This document shows positions 37,370 to 46,916 of a stretch of 64,000 bases of DNA, in pieces. This stretch comes from Vicinamibacteria bacterium. GTDB taxonomy: Bacteria; Acidobacteriota; Vicinamibacteria; Fen-336; JAGNNV01. The notes below the pieces were generated by a model, which did no database searches, was not told the DNA's origin, and saw only the letters and a program-made list of their open reading frames with translations. Every line of letters begins with the position of its first letter. Position 1 is the stretch's first letter. The stretch covers positions 8,760 through 72,759 of the forward strand of contig JANMVV010000158.1 in NCBI GenBank assembly GCA_031392925.1. The letters run 5' to 3'. Position numbers and translations under genes: made by a program.

Positions 37370-38664
37370 TGCTGAAGAAGATCGCGTCGATTGTCGCCCT
37401 CCTGTCCCTTGTAGGGCCCTCCGTGTGGGCTCAGACCGCGAGTCCCACGCCGGGTCCCGCCTCCACGCCCTCGCCGGGCCCCGCCGCTCCGGGGGCGAAG
37501 GCCGTCGATGCGAAGCTCGCCGGCCAGGATGTGCCGGTACCGGCCCGGAAGAAGTACGTCGCTCCCGAGTACCCGGCGAGCGCCGCGGCGGAAGGAATCC
37601 GCGGGATCGTCATTCTCGATGTCCTGATCGCGGAGGACGGCCGAGTGGAGAGCACCCGGGTGACCCGGTCCATCCCGGGCCTCGATGAAGCGGCGATGAA
37701 CGCGGTGAGGCTCTGGGAATACGAGCCCACGAAGCTTACGGGCAAACCCGTGAAGGTCCGGCTGTCGCAGTCGATCACCTTCGCCTTGAAGCTGCCCGAA
37801 CTGCAGCGCGCTCCCGGCATTCCGGAACTGAAGAGCGGGGGCGCGCCGCCCTTGCCTCCGGGCCTCGCCACCGCGGAGACGGCCTCGGTCATGATCGCTC
37901 TCGGTCCCCAGGGGGAAGTCCAGGAAGCGGCGGTGGTCGAGGGCAATCCTTCGGCGGGCGAAGCCCTGCTGCGCGCGGTGAAGGCCTGGCGCTTCACGGT
38001 CTCGGAAGGCGCTCCGCCCCTCGTGTTCACGGTGCGTGCGGACTGGGCGCCCGGACCTCCGCCCACCCTCGCCCTCAAGGCCCTGGACCCGCGAAGCCCC
38101 AACCCGGCCGCCGCATCCCCGGCCCCCCGGGCGTCCCCGTTGCCCGCGCCCTCGTCGTCGCCCACCGCGGCGAGCACGTCCACGGCTGCGCCTTCTGCCG
38201 CGCCCAAGGCCCCGGTGGCAACGTCCCCCGTGCCCGCGGTGACCGCGGTCCCTGCCGCACCCAGCGTTCCCGTGGCTCCCGCCCCCGTGGCTCCCACGGT
38301 GGATACCGACGTGATCCCCGCACGTCAGGAGCCTCCGGCGAAGGAGGAGGGGGTCTCAGCGGTGGCCGAAGTGAGTCTTGGCAACAACATCCCGGACCTG
38401 GTGAAGGGCCGGCGGCCAGTGTGGCCGCCCATGGCGCGCCTCGGCAACGTCATGGGCGAGGTGGTGGTGCGATTCTCCGTGGACCTCGCGGGCCGGGTCA
38501 CGGTTCATTCCGCCGAAGGGCCGGACCTGCTCAAGGGCGCGGCCGAGCAGGCGGTGGGCACCTGGGTCTTCAGGCGAACCGCTATCGACCGGGTGCACCT
38601 CATCGCAACCTTCAAGTACGGGGCCGAGCGGTCGATCGCGAAAGTCGAGCGGGTGGCGCAGTAG
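37369..38664 (+). CDS. Secreted protein with two to three tandem TonB C-terminal-like domains
   Basis: It has a signal peptide and a Pro/Ala-rich linker. The TonB_C-like patterns are at ~aa 60-140 (KKYVAPEYPASAAAEGIRGIVILDVLIAEDGRV...LDEAAMNAVRLWEYEP), at ~175-235 (weaker), and at ~330-420. Its GTG start overlaps the EF-G-like TAG by 1 nt. Confidence 0.65.
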   Translation: MLKKIASIVALLSLVGPSVWAQTASPTPGPASTPSPGPAAPGAKAVDAKLAGQDVPVPARKKYVAPEYPASAAAEGIRGIVILDVLIAEDGRVESTRVTRSIPGLDEAAMNAVRLWEYEPTKLTGKPVKVRLSQSITFALKLPELQRAPGIPELKSGGAPPLPPGLATAETASVMIALGPQGEVQEAAVVEGNPSAGEALLRAVKAWRFTVSEGAPPLVFTVRADWAPGPPPTLALKALDPRSPNPAAASPAPRASPLPAPSSSPTAASTSTAAPSAAPKAPVATSPVPAVTAVPAAPSVPVAPAPVAPTVDTDVIPARQEPPAKEEGVSAVAEVSLGNNIPDLVKGRRPVWPPMARLGNVMGEVVVRFSVDLAGRVTVHSAEGPDLLKGAAEQAVGTWVFRRTAIDRVHLIATFKYGAERSIAKVERVAQ

Positions 38665-38679
38665 CCGGCGCGCCGAAAG

Positions 38680-38712
38680 AAAATGGGCGGCCAACCGGGC
38701 CGCCCACTCTTT
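38680..38712. terminator. Bidirectional rho-independent terminator hairpin between convergent genes (end of the ribosomal super-operon)
   Basis: The sequence is GGGCGGCC-aaccg-GGCCGCCC. On the minus strand it is followed by ATTTTCTTTC. Confidence 0.55.
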
Positions 38713-38734
38713 CAAGACTACGAGGCTGTTCTGA

Positions 38735-39166
38735 CTACTTCGTGGCGGCCGCGGGGGCCTTCTCACCCTTTGGAGCCTTCTCTTTGGCCTTGTACTCGTA
38801 ACCGACGAGCTCGATGAAGGCGGTGTCCGCGTTGTCGCCAGGACGGTGGCCGAGCTTGACGATGCGGGTGTAGCCGCCGCTTCTGGTCTGGAACCTCGAC
38901 CCGATCACGTCGAACAGCTTCTTCACGATGAGCGGATCGTGGATGTCCCGGGCGGCCAGACGCCGCGCGTGCACGCGCTCGGCCGCCGTTCCCTCGCGCT
39001 TGGCCAAGGTGATGATCTTCTCGGCGAAGGGACGGAGCTCCTTCGCCTTCGGAAGCGTCGTCTCAATGCGCTCTTCGCGGAGCAGCGCGGTGGCGAGATT
39101 CCGCAGCAAGGCGATACGGTGGGCGGTGGTGCGTCCCAGCTTTCGTCCGGCGGATCGATGTCTCAT
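38735..39166 (-). CDS. rplQ: 50S ribosomal protein L17
   Basis: [24 protein letters not shown]... is a canonical L17. Confidence 0.9.
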   Translation of the reverse strand: MRHRSAGRKLGRTTAHRIALLRNLATALLREERIETTLPKAKELRPFAEKIITLAKREGTAAERVHARRLAARDIHDPLIVKKLFDVIGSRFQTRSGGYTRIVKLGHRPGDNADTAFIELVGYEYKAKEKAPKGEKAPAAATK

Positions 39167-39229
39167 GGTCTTTGGTCCTTAGTTTGAGTTTGCCACCCTT
39201 CCTTCGGAAGGGTGGCAATGACGGTGTGA

Positions 39230-40234
39230 TTAGTCGCGCCGGAGAAGGTCGGGCTGAAGCCGCATGCCGAGGGAGAGCCCCCACTTGCGCAGCTGATCCT
39301 TGGTTTCGTTGAGCGACTTCTGACCGAACTTGTTGATCCGGAGCAGCTCGCTCTCGGTGCGCACCACCAGCTCGCCCACGGTCTTGACGTTGATCTGGGT
39401 GAGGCAGTTGTAGGCGCGGACGGGCAGCTCGAGATCGTCGATCTTGCGGCCGAGCTTCTCGCGCAGGGCCTCTCGATCGGTGTCGCCCACCGGCAGGGGA
39501 GCCGCTTCGGACGCCGCCTGGGGGAGCGCTTCGGCCTGCTCGGGGAGGTTCAGGAACATCAGCATGTGCTCGCGGATGAGACGAGCGGCGAGGCCCACCG
39601 CGTCGCGCGGGGTGGTGACGCCGTTGGTCCAGACTTCGAGGGTGAGCTTCTCGTAGTCGGTGGCCTGGCCGACGCGGGCCGCTTCCACGAAGTAGTTCAC
39701 CTTGCGGACGGGCGAGTGAACGGAGTCGATGGGAATCCAGCCGATGGAGAGCGACTCGTCAAAGTTCTTCTCGGCGGGGATGTAGCCGCGGCCCGGCTTC
39801 ACCACCATCTCGATGTTGAGCGAGGAGCCGGCGGAGAGGGTCGCGATGTAGGCCTCGGGATCGAGGATGTCGACGTCGGCGTCGGGGGTGATGTGCTTGG
39901 CCCGGATCTCGCCCGCCTCGGAGGTCTTCAAGTAGATCGTCTTGGGATGATCGACGTTGAGACGCAGCGAGAGCTTCTTGAGGTTCAGGATGAGGTCGGT
40001 CGCGTCCTCGGTGGCGCCGGGGATGGGCGAGAACTCATGCAGCACGCCCTCGATGCGGATCGCGGTGACCGCGGCGCCCTCGATGCTCGAGAGCAGGACG
40101 CGACGCATCGCGTTGCCGACCGTGGTTCCAAAACCGCGCTCGAAAGGCTGCGCGAAGAAACGGCCGTAGGTGTCGTTCGAGATCTCGTCGTCCATCTCGA
40201 GGTGGCGGGGGCGCTGAAAGCCTTTCCAAAGCAT
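39230..40234 (-). CDS. rpoA: DNA-directed RNA polymerase subunit alpha
   Basis: It has full-length alpha NTD+CTD motifs. Confidence 0.95.
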   Translation of the reverse strand: MLWKGFQRPRHLEMDDEISNDTYGRFFAQPFERGFGTTVGNAMRRVLLSSIEGAAVTAIRIEGVLHEFSPIPGATEDATDLILNLKKLSLRLNVDHPKTIYLKTSEAGEIRAKHITPDADVDILDPEAYIATLSAGSSLNIEMVVKPGRGYIPAEKNFDESLSIGWIPIDSVHSPVRKVNYFVEAARVGQATDYEKLTLEVWTNGVTTPRDAVGLAARLIREHMLMFLNLPEQAEALPQAASEAAPLPVGDTDREALREKLGRKIDDLELPVRAYNCLTQINVKTVGELVVRTESELLRINKFGQKSLNETKDQLRKWGLSLGMRLQPDLLRRD

Positions 40235-40347
40235 CGGGGTTTTGTTTCCTTAAGTCGGTGAGGGTTGCTGGATGTAAAGGGGTGAAACGAAAAAATGTGG
40301 GGCGCCGGCCCGGGCGATTTGGGACCCGGACCAGACGCGTGCGGCTC

Positions 40348-40977
40348 TTACTTCGAGTAAAGCTCGACGATGAGCTGCTCTTGAATGGGGAAGTTCACGT
40401 CGTCGCGTGACGGCATGGCCTTCACCTTGCCCGAGTGCGCGGCGGCGTCGAGTTCGATCCAGCGCGGGGCGGTGCGGCCCTTCGCGTCTTCCATGGCCTC
40501 GGCCACGTACTTGAGCTTGGACGCGCGCTCCGAAAGCGAGATCACGTCGTTGAGGCTGACCTCGAACGAAGCGATGTCGACCTTCTTGCCGTTGACCTTG
40601 ACGTGGCCGTGGCCGACGAGCTGACGGGACTGGGCGCGGGAGGCCGCGAATCCCATGCGGAAGACCGCGCTGTCGAGACGGCGCTCGAGGAGGATCAACA
40701 AGGTCTCGCCCACGACACCCTTTTGCTGGGAGGCGCGGTCGAAGGTGCGGCGGAACTGGCGCTCGAGGAGGCCGTAGATGCGCTTGACCTTCTGCTTCTC
40801 GCGCATCTGCAGGCCGTAGCCCTGGGTCTTGGGCTTGGCGTTGCGGCCATGCTGACCGGGCGGGTAGTTGCGCTTTTCGATGGCCGCCTTGCCGGAAGTA
40901 TCGCGGCGGCCTTTGAGGAAGAGGTTGATCCCTTCGCGGCGGGAGAGTTTCCCGGTGGGTCCAATATATCGAGCCAT
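40348..40977 (-). CDS. rpsD: 30S ribosomal protein S4
   Basis: MARYIGPTGKLSRREGINLF... Confidence 0.95.
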   Translation of the reverse strand: MARYIGPTGKLSRREGINLFLKGRRDTSGKAAIEKRNYPPGQHGRNAKPKTQGYGLQMREKQKVKRIYGLLERQFRRTFDRASQQKGVVGETLLILLERRLDSAVFRMGFAASRAQSRQLVGHGHVKVNGKKVDIASFEVSLNDVISLSERASKLKYVAEAMEDAKGRTAPRWIELDAAAHSGKVKAMPSRDDVNFPIQEQLIVELYSK

Positions 40978-41009
40978 GTGTGTGTGCTTGCCTTAGATTG
41001 CTCTAGAAA

Positions 41010-41441
41010 TTAGACGCGGCGGCGCTTGGGCGGCCGGCAGCCATTGTGAGGGATGGGCGTGATGTCGCGGATGGACTTCACTTCGACGCCCACCGCGGTG
41101 AAGGCGCGGATCGCGGACTCGCGACCGCTGCCCGGGCCCTGGATGCGAACGTCCACGGACTTGAGCCCGTGATCCTTCGCGTTGGTGGCCGCGGTGGTGG
41201 CGGCCTGCTGGGCCGCGAACGGCGTGCCCTTGCGCGAGCCCTTGAAGCCGAGGCTCCCCGAGCTCGCCCAGGAGATCACGTTGCCCGCGGCGTCGGTGAT
41301 GGTGATCTTGGTGTTGTTGAAGGACGCCTGGATGCTCACGGTGCCGTGCGGCACGTGCTTGCGCTCCTTGCGGGTCTTCTTGCCGGGTTCGGCCTTGGCC
41401 GTCGTCGTCGTCGTCGTCGGTGTGGTTGTGGGGGCTGCCAT
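41010..41441 (-). CDS. rpsK: 30S ribosomal protein S11
   Basis: It has the conserved S11 core after a Thr/Pro-rich N-terminal tail. Confidence 0.9.
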   Translation of the reverse strand: MAAPTTTPTTTTTTAKAEPGKKTRKERKHVPHGTVSIQASFNNTKITITDAAGNVISWASSGSLGFKGSRKGTPFAAQQAATTAATNAKDHGLKSVDVRIQGPGSGRESAIRAFTAVGVEVKSIRDITPIPHNGCRPPKRRRV

Positions 41442-41470
41442 GCTGTTTTCCTAGAAAGTTCGGTGCGGCG

Positions 41471-41836
41471 TCACTTCTTGACGCGCGCGCCCTTGCGGGG
41501 GCCCTTGCGGGTTCGCGCATTCGTCTTGGTCCGCTGTCCGCGAACCGGGAGATTCCGCCGATGCCTCGAGCCGCGGTGCGAGCCGATCTCGATGAGGCGC
41601 TTGATGTCGAGGGACACCTGCTTACGCAGGTCGCCTTCCACGGCGCCTTGAGCTTCGATGGCTTTCGCGATCCGGCTCACTTCCTCTTCCGAGAGATCTT
41701 TGACCCGGACGTTCGGGTCGATCTTCACCTCGGCGAGGATCTTGGACGCGCGGTGTGGACCGACGCCGTAAATGTACTGGAGACCTGTCTCGACCCGTTT
41801 GGTTCGAGGGAGGTCGACGCCTGCGATGCGAGCCAT
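41471..41836 (-). CDS. rpsM: 30S ribosomal protein S13
   Basis: [24 protein letters not shown]... Confidence 0.95.
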   Translation of the reverse strand: MARIAGVDLPRTKRVETGLQYIYGVGPHRASKILAEVKIDPNVRVKDLSEEEVSRIAKAIEAQGAVEGDLRKQVSLDIKRLIEIGSHRGSRHRRNLPVRGQRTKTNARTRKGPRKGARVKK

Positions 41837-41839
41837 TCT

Positions 41840-41953
41840 CTACCCCTGCCGCTGCTTATGCTTGGTGTTTGCGCAGATGACGCGGACGACGCCCTGCCGC
41901 TTGATGACGCGGCACTTGACGCAAATTTTCTTGACCGATGATCGGACCTTCAC
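41840..41953 (-). CDS. rpmJ: 50S ribosomal protein L36
   Basis: It is a 37-aa ORF (M)[36 protein letters not shown] with a GTG start and GGAG 9 nt upstream. It is not in the ORF track because it is under 60 aa. Coordinates are +/-2. Confidence 0.8.
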   Translation of the reverse strand: MKVRSSVKKICVKCRVIKRQGVVRVICANTKHKQRQG

Positions 41954-41997
41954 TTCTTGAAACTCCGTTTCCTAAATGCTCTTTGGCTGACCTGTCT

Positions 41998-42219
41998 TTA
42001 CGAGACGCATCGAACGATGCGGCCGCGAGAAAGATCAAACGGCGAAAACTCAACAACCACGACGTCGCCCGGCCTGACCCTCAAAGCGTCTGCGGCAGCG
42101 CAATGCGCGGTGACCTGGCGGACTTTCCCACTGTCTCCAAGGGTTTCAACCCTGAACAGGGACGACGGCAACGCTTCCATGACCCGGGCTGTCATCTCAA
42201 TTCGCTCGCTCTTGGTCAT
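41998..42219 (-). CDS. infA: Translation initiation factor IF-1-like (divergent)
   Basis: It sits in the expected position between map and rpmJ. It has S1-like patterns (ALPSSLFRVETL..., ...FSPFDLSRGRIV) but an atypical central segment (AHCAAADALRVRPGD). Confidence 0.55.
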   Translation of the reverse strand: MTKSERIEMTARVMEALPSSLFRVETLGDSGKVRQVTAHCAAADALRVRPGDVVVVEFSPFDLSRGRIVRCVS

Positions 42220-42224
42220 ACAAC

Positions 42225-43001
42225 CTACGCATGACGCACGCTTTGCGCGAAGGGATAAGGCTCAGACAACACCCACGGACCGTGTTCCGTCACCGCAATT
42301 GTAAGCTCGTAGTGCGCAGAAAGCGACTTGTCTTCCGTGACCACCGTCCACTTGTCGTCCAGTGTCCTCGTGGCCGCGCGCCCCGCGTTCACCATGGGCT
42401 CGAGGGCCAGGCACATTCCGGGCTGTAAACGCTCGCGCTTTCCCGGGGGGCCGTAGTTCGGAACCTGGGGATCTTCGTGGAGTTTTCGGCCGATTCCGTG
42501 GCCGGACAGCTCGCGAACCACGGTGTAGCCGTGCTTCACCGCATGGCTCTCGACCGCATGACCGATATCGCCCAGGCGATTCCCCGGACAGGCGGCCTCG
42601 ATGGCCAAGTGCAGGGACTCTTCGGTCACCTTCAGGAGGCGCTGGGCCGCGGCGGAGACCTGCCCTACCGCGACGGTGCGCGCGGCATCGCCGTAGTAGC
42701 CATCCACGATGGCGCCGAAATCGAGGCCGACGATGTCGCCCTCGTTGAGCACGCGCTTGCCGGGAATCCCGTGAACCACTTCCTCGTTGACGGAGACGCA
42801 AAGGGTCGCCGGGAAGCCGTGGTAGCCGAGGAACGCCGGCCTGGCTCCGCGCTTCCTGAGATTCTCCGCGGCCACGAGGTCGAGTTCCCTGGTGGTGACG
42901 CCCGCCTTGGTGTGCTCGGCCAGGATGGCGAGGGTCTCGACCACGATACTGCACGCGCGGTGCATGGTTTCCATTTCGGAGAACGAGCGGAGGGTGGTCA
43001 T
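42225..43001 (-). CDS. map: Methionine aminopeptidase type I
   Basis: It has the M24A pattern and metal ligands. Confidence 0.9.
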   Translation of the reverse strand: MTTLRSFSEMETMHRACSIVVETLAILAEHTKAGVTTRELDLVAAENLRKRGARPAFLGYHGFPATLCVSVNEEVVHGIPGKRVLNEGDIVGLDFGAIVDGYYGDAARTVAVGQVSAAAQRLLKVTEESLHLAIEAACPGNRLGDIGHAVESHAVKHGYTVVRELSGHGIGRKLHEDPQVPNYGPPGKRERLQPGMCLALEPMVNAGRAATRTLDDKWTVVTEDKSLSAHYELTIAVTEHGPWVLSEPYPFAQSVRHA

Positions 43002-43711
43002 GCCGAGGCTCCAGCGAGATACTGCTCGATCTCCGCGAATACCTCGTTCACATCGCGGTAGCCGTCCACCCGGTGCACGGGCCCGCGCTTCTCGTAATGC
43101 TGGATGACCGGAACGGTCTGGGCCTCATAGGCCTCGAGGCGTTTCGCCACCACGTTCTCGCGATCGTCGGCGCGCTGGATGAGCTTCGAGCCGCACTGGT
43201 CGCAAATCCCCTGCTTCTTCGAAGGCGAAGTCTCAAGGTGGTACGTGGCCTGGCAGTTCGGGCACCAGCGGCGGCCCGAAAGGCGGCGCAGCAGCACCGC
43301 GCGGGGCACATCGAAGTTCATCACCACGAGCTCCATGCCGCGGTCCTTGACCAGCTTGTCCAGGGCCTCGGACTGGTTCACGGTTCGCGGGAAGCCGTCG
43401 AGAAGGAAGCCGTTCGTGCAGTCGGGCTCGGTCACGCGTTCCGCGATCAGGGCCACCAGCAGGGAGTCGGGGACGAGATTCCCGTTGTCCATCAGAGGCG
43501 CAGCCTTCTCGCCGAGCGGCGTCTTGCGGGCGATCGCGTCTCTCAACATTTCCCCGGTGGAAATGCGAGCGACGCCCGTGCGGCGGGCGATGATCGCCGA
43601 CTGAGTCCCTTTCCCGGCGCCCGGAGGGCCCAGGAGAAGGAAGCACAGAGGACGCTTCGCCTTGGCATCAGCGGCGCCCACGAATCCTCCGGCCTCGACC
43701 GGTGAAGCCAT
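42998..43711 (-). CDS. adk: Adenylate kinase (with Zn-finger lid)
   Basis: It has the P-loop LLGPPGAGKGTQ and a lid CPNC...CDQCG. The annotated ATG overlaps the secY 3' end by 44 nt, so the true start is probably the downstream GTG/CTG. Confidence 0.85.
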   Translation of the reverse strand: MASPVEAGGFVGAADAKAKRPLCFLLLGPPGAGKGTQSAIIARRTGVARISTGEMLRDAIARKTPLGEKAAPLMDNGNLVPDSLLVALIAERVTEPDCTNGFLLDGFPRTVNQSEALDKLVKDRGMELVVMNFDVPRAVLLRRLSGRRWCPNCQATYHLETSPSKKQGICDQCGSKLIQRADDRENVVAKRLEAYEAQTVPVIQHYEKRGPVHRVDGYRDVNEVFAEIEQYLAGASA

Positions 43712-45074
43712 CGTAGTGACGCATGACCAGCTGTGCTTCGATCTGGGCCACGGTGTCCATGGCCACGCCGACCACGATCAGAAGCGAAGTGCCGCCGAAG
43801 AGGAACGTCAGTCCGAGGCCTTCCGTGATCCACGACAGGCCGTTGTTGGTGAGGAAGGCGTCGAGCCAGGGACCGATCAGGGGCAGCGGAGCGACCTTGA
43901 AGCCGGTGATCAGGAACTCGGGCAGAAGCGCGATGGTGGCGAGGTAGAGGGCGCCGCCGAAGGTGATGCGCCCGAGGACCTTGTCGAGATACTCCGCGGT
44001 CCGCTTGCCCGGACGGATGCCGGGGATGAAGCCGCCGGCCTTCCGCATGTTCTCGGCCACGTCTTCCGGATTGAAAACGATCGCGGTGTAGAAGTAGCAG
44101 AAGAAGATGATGAAGGTGACATAGAGCAGGTTATAGAGCGGCATGCCCCAGCGAAGCTGCTCGGAGACCGACTGCATCCACACGTTGGTCGGCGCAAACA
44201 TCTGGATGATGGTCTGCGGGAACGCGATGATGGAGGAGGCGAAGATCACGGGGATCACACCCGAGGTGTTCACGCGAAGGGGCAGGTGGGTGGATGCGCC
44301 GCCCATCATCTTGTTGCCCACCACGCGCTTGGCGTACTGGACGGTGAGGCGCCGCTGGCCGCGCTCGACGAACACGATGAAGGCCACGACCACCACCATC
44401 AGGGCAACCAGGATGATGGCGGTGATGAGGGAAAGCTCGCCGCGCTGAATCTTCGAGTAGGTGTCGATGGCGCCGCGGGGAAAACCAACCACGATGCCCG
44501 CGAAGATGATGAGGCTCATCCCGTTGCCGATGCCGCGCTCGGTGATCTGCTCGCCCAGCCACATGATGAAAGCGGTGCCCGTGGTCATGGTGAGGCAGGC
44601 GAAGAGCCGGAAGCCCCAGCCCGGGGTCTCGACGATCTTGAACTGCTGGGTGAGAGTGGTGCGCTCGAGCCAGAGCGCGATGCCGAACGACTGAACCATG
44701 GCCAGAAGGACGGTGCCGTAGCGGGTGAACTGGGTGATCTTGCGGCGGCCGAGCTCGCCTTCCTTGCTGATCCGCTCGAGGAACGGCCACACCACGGTGA
44801 GCAGCTGCAGGATGATCGACGCCGAGATGTACGGCATGATGCCGAGGGCGAAGATGGTGAAGTTACCGAGGTTGCCGCCGGAGAACATGTCCACCAGACC
44901 GAACACGTTGCTCTTGTTCTGCTCGAAGAACTCCACGAGAGACTTCGAGTTGATCCCCGGGGTCGGGATGTGCGACCCGAGCCGGTAGACCGACAGCATG
45001 GAAAGCGTGAAGAGCACGCGCCTTCGCAGATCCGGGACATCCCAAATGTTGCGGAGGCTTTGCAGTATGTTCAT
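43668..45074 (-). CDS. secY: Preprotein translocase subunit SecY
   Basis: It has 10 TM helices and a full-length SecY pattern. Confidence 0.95.
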   Translation of the reverse strand: MNILQSLRNIWDVPDLRRRVLFTLSMLSVYRLGSHIPTPGINSKSLVEFFEQNKSNVFGLVDMFSGGNLGNFTIFALGIMPYISASIILQLLTVVWPFLERISKEGELGRRKITQFTRYGTVLLAMVQSFGIALWLERTTLTQQFKIVETPGWGFRLFACLTMTTGTAFIMWLGEQITERGIGNGMSLIIFAGIVVGFPRGAIDTYSKIQRGELSLITAIILVALMVVVVAFIVFVERGQRRLTVQYAKRVVGNKMMGGASTHLPLRVNTSGVIPVIFASSIIAFPQTIIQMFAPTNVWMQSVSEQLRWGMPLYNLLYVTFIIFFCYFYTAIVFNPEDVAENMRKAGGFIPGIRPGKRTAEYLDKVLGRITFGGALYLATIALLPEFLITGFKVAPLPLIGPWLDAFLTNNGLSWITEGLGLTFLFGGTSLLIVVGVAMDTVAQIEAQLVMRHYDGFTGRGRRIRGRR

Positions 45075-45134
45075 CTGGCCTCGACCGTGCTTATTGGTGA
45101 ATTCGAAAGATGGTGCTAGGGGTTGAAGCGGCGA

Positions 45135-45602
45135 CTACGCCGCCGCCTTGACGCCGAGGAGCTCGATCTTGCCGCCGGCCTTCTCGATCGCTTCCTTCGC
45201 GGAGGCGCTGAAACGATGCGCCTTCACGGTGAGGGCCTTACTGAGCTTGCCCTTGCCGAGGACCTTGACCGAGTCCGTCTCGTTCTTGCCGATGAAGCCC
45301 TTGGCCACGAAGTCCTCGGGGCCGACCGTGCCCCCGGCCCGGAACAGTTCGAGCTGCTGGAGGTTCAGGACCGCGTACTCGACGCGGAAGATGTTGTTGA
45401 AGCCCCGCCGCGGCAGGCGGCGGAAGAGCGGCATCTGGCCGCCTTCGAACCCGGGCTTCCGCGCGAAACCGCTGCGGCTCTTCTGGCCCTTCTCGCCGCG
45501 GCCCGACGTCTTGCCGCTGCCGCTGCCCGGCCCGCGGCCGACGCGCTTGCGGTTGTGCGTGGAGCCCGGATTGGGCTTGAGATCGCTAAGACCGGTGGTC
45601 AT
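45135..45602 (-). CDS. rplO: 50S ribosomal protein L15
   Basis: It has the Gly/Arg-rich L15 N-terminus. Confidence 0.9.
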   Translation of the reverse strand: MTTGLSDLKPNPGSTHNRKRVGRGPGSGSGKTSGRGEKGQKSRSGFARKPGFEGGQMPLFRRLPRRGFNNIFRVEYAVLNLQQLELFRAGGTVGPEDFVAKGFIGKNETDSVKVLGKGKLSKALTVKAHRFSASAKEAIEKAGGKIELLGVKAAA

Positions 45603-45642
45603 GATCTTCTGTTATTCCTTGATTCTTGGCTTCTGATTTCGA

Positions 45643-45849
45643 CTAGACGAAACGAACGAGATGCGGGACCTTCTTGGCCATGCCGCGGTTCTCCGGGGTG
45701 TCCTCGCGCTCGACCACGTGCCGCATGCGGCGCAGCCCGAGACCGCGCACACAGGCCCGCTGCCCGTCGGTAGAGCCGATGAGGCTGCCGTAGAGCTCGA
45801 CCTTGAACGTCCCGGTCGCCTTGGGTTTGGTGGTTTTGCTGGTCGTCAT
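45643..45849 (-). CDS. rpmD: 50S ribosomal protein L30
   Basis: ...[23 protein letters not shown]... Confidence 0.85.
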   Translation of the reverse strand: MTTSKTTKPKATGTFKVELYGSLIGSTDGQRACVRGLGLRRMRHVVEREDTPENRGMAKKVPHLVRFV

Positions 45850-45897
45850 AATCTCGATTGACCGATTTCTCTATCGTTTGCTGAAGTGGGATATCGC

Positions 45898-46530
45898 CTA
45901 GACGGCTTCGGGAGCCGGTGGAGTCGTGGTCGACACCATGGTCGGCGACGTGGACACGGTCGAAACCATCGAACTAGCGTCCAGAACCTTGCCCTTGGCC
46001 TTGAACTTGGAAGGCGCCATGAACTCGGAGACGTCACGGCCGCGCAGGCGCGCGACCATGAGCGGATCCTTGAGCTGCTGCAGCGCGTCGATCGTGGCCT
46101 TGACCACGTTGTGTGCGGTGGAGCTGCCCAGGCTCTTGGTGAGCACGTTGTGGATCCCCACCGCGGAGATGACGGCGCGAACCGCCCCGCCCGCGATGAC
46201 GCCCGTACCGGCGGATGCCGGCTTCAAAAGCACCGCGCCCGAGCCGAAACGTCCGGTGACGGTATGCGGAATCGTGAGGCCTTCCTTCGTGATGTGCACG
46301 CGAATGACGTTCTTCTTCGCCGCTTCGATGCCCTTCTTGATCGCGGAGGGCACTTCGCGCGCCTTCCCGCTGCCGTAGCCAACATGGCCGGCTCCGTCGC
46401 CGACCACCACGAGGGCCGCGAACGACATGTTCTTGCCGCCCTTGACGACCTTGGTGACCCGGTTGATTCCCACGACCTGGTCTTTCAGGTCGAGGCTTTG
46501 AATATCGATCTTTTCGATGCCTTTACGCAT
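45898..46530 (-). CDS. rpsE: 30S ribosomal protein S5 (with ~40-aa Ser/Thr-rich C-terminal extension)
   Basis: It has the S5 core and a tail ...[25 protein letters not shown]. Confidence 0.9.
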   Translation of the reverse strand: MRKGIEKIDIQSLDLKDQVVGINRVTKVVKGGKNMSFAALVVVGDGAGHVGYGSGKAREVPSAIKKGIEAAKKNVIRVHITKEGLTIPHTVTGRFGSGAVLLKPASAGTGVIAGGAVRAVISAVGIHNVLTKSLGSSTAHNVVKATIDALQQLKDPLMVARLRGRDVSEFMAPSKFKAKGKVLDASSMVSTVSTSPTMVSTTTPPAPEAV

Positions 46531-46532
46531 GG

Positions 46533-46895
46533 CTAGAACTGGAGGCCTCCCTCGCGAGCGGCGTCGGCCAACGCCTTGATACGGCCGTGATACAGGAAGC
46601 CGCCGCGGTCAAACACCACGCGCTCCACCGACTTCTCCTTGGCCCGGTCGGCAATGAGCTTGCCCACCGCCTTCGCCGCGGCCACCGTGGCTCCCCGCTT
46701 GAGATCCTTCTTCAGGGCCTCGTCGAGGGAGGACGCGGTGCACACGGTCGTGCCGGATTCGTCGTTGATGACCTGCGCATAGATGTGGGCCTGCGATCGA
46801 AAGATCGCGAGCCGGGGCCGATCGGCGGTCCCGGTCATGCGCTTGCGGATCCGGCGGTGGATCCTGGTCCTGATGTCCTCTTTGGTTCGCTTCAT
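46533..46895 (-). CDS. rplR: 50S ribosomal protein L18
   Basis: L18 pattern. Confidence 0.9.
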   Translation of the reverse strand: MKRTKEDIRTRIHRRIRKRMTGTADRPRLAIFRSQAHIYAQVINDESGTTVCTASSLDEALKKDLKRGATVAAAKAVGKLIADRAKEKSVERVVFDRGGFLYHGRIKALADAAREGGLQF

Positions 46896-46916
46896 TGCGC
46901 TATTTCCTAAAAGCCG

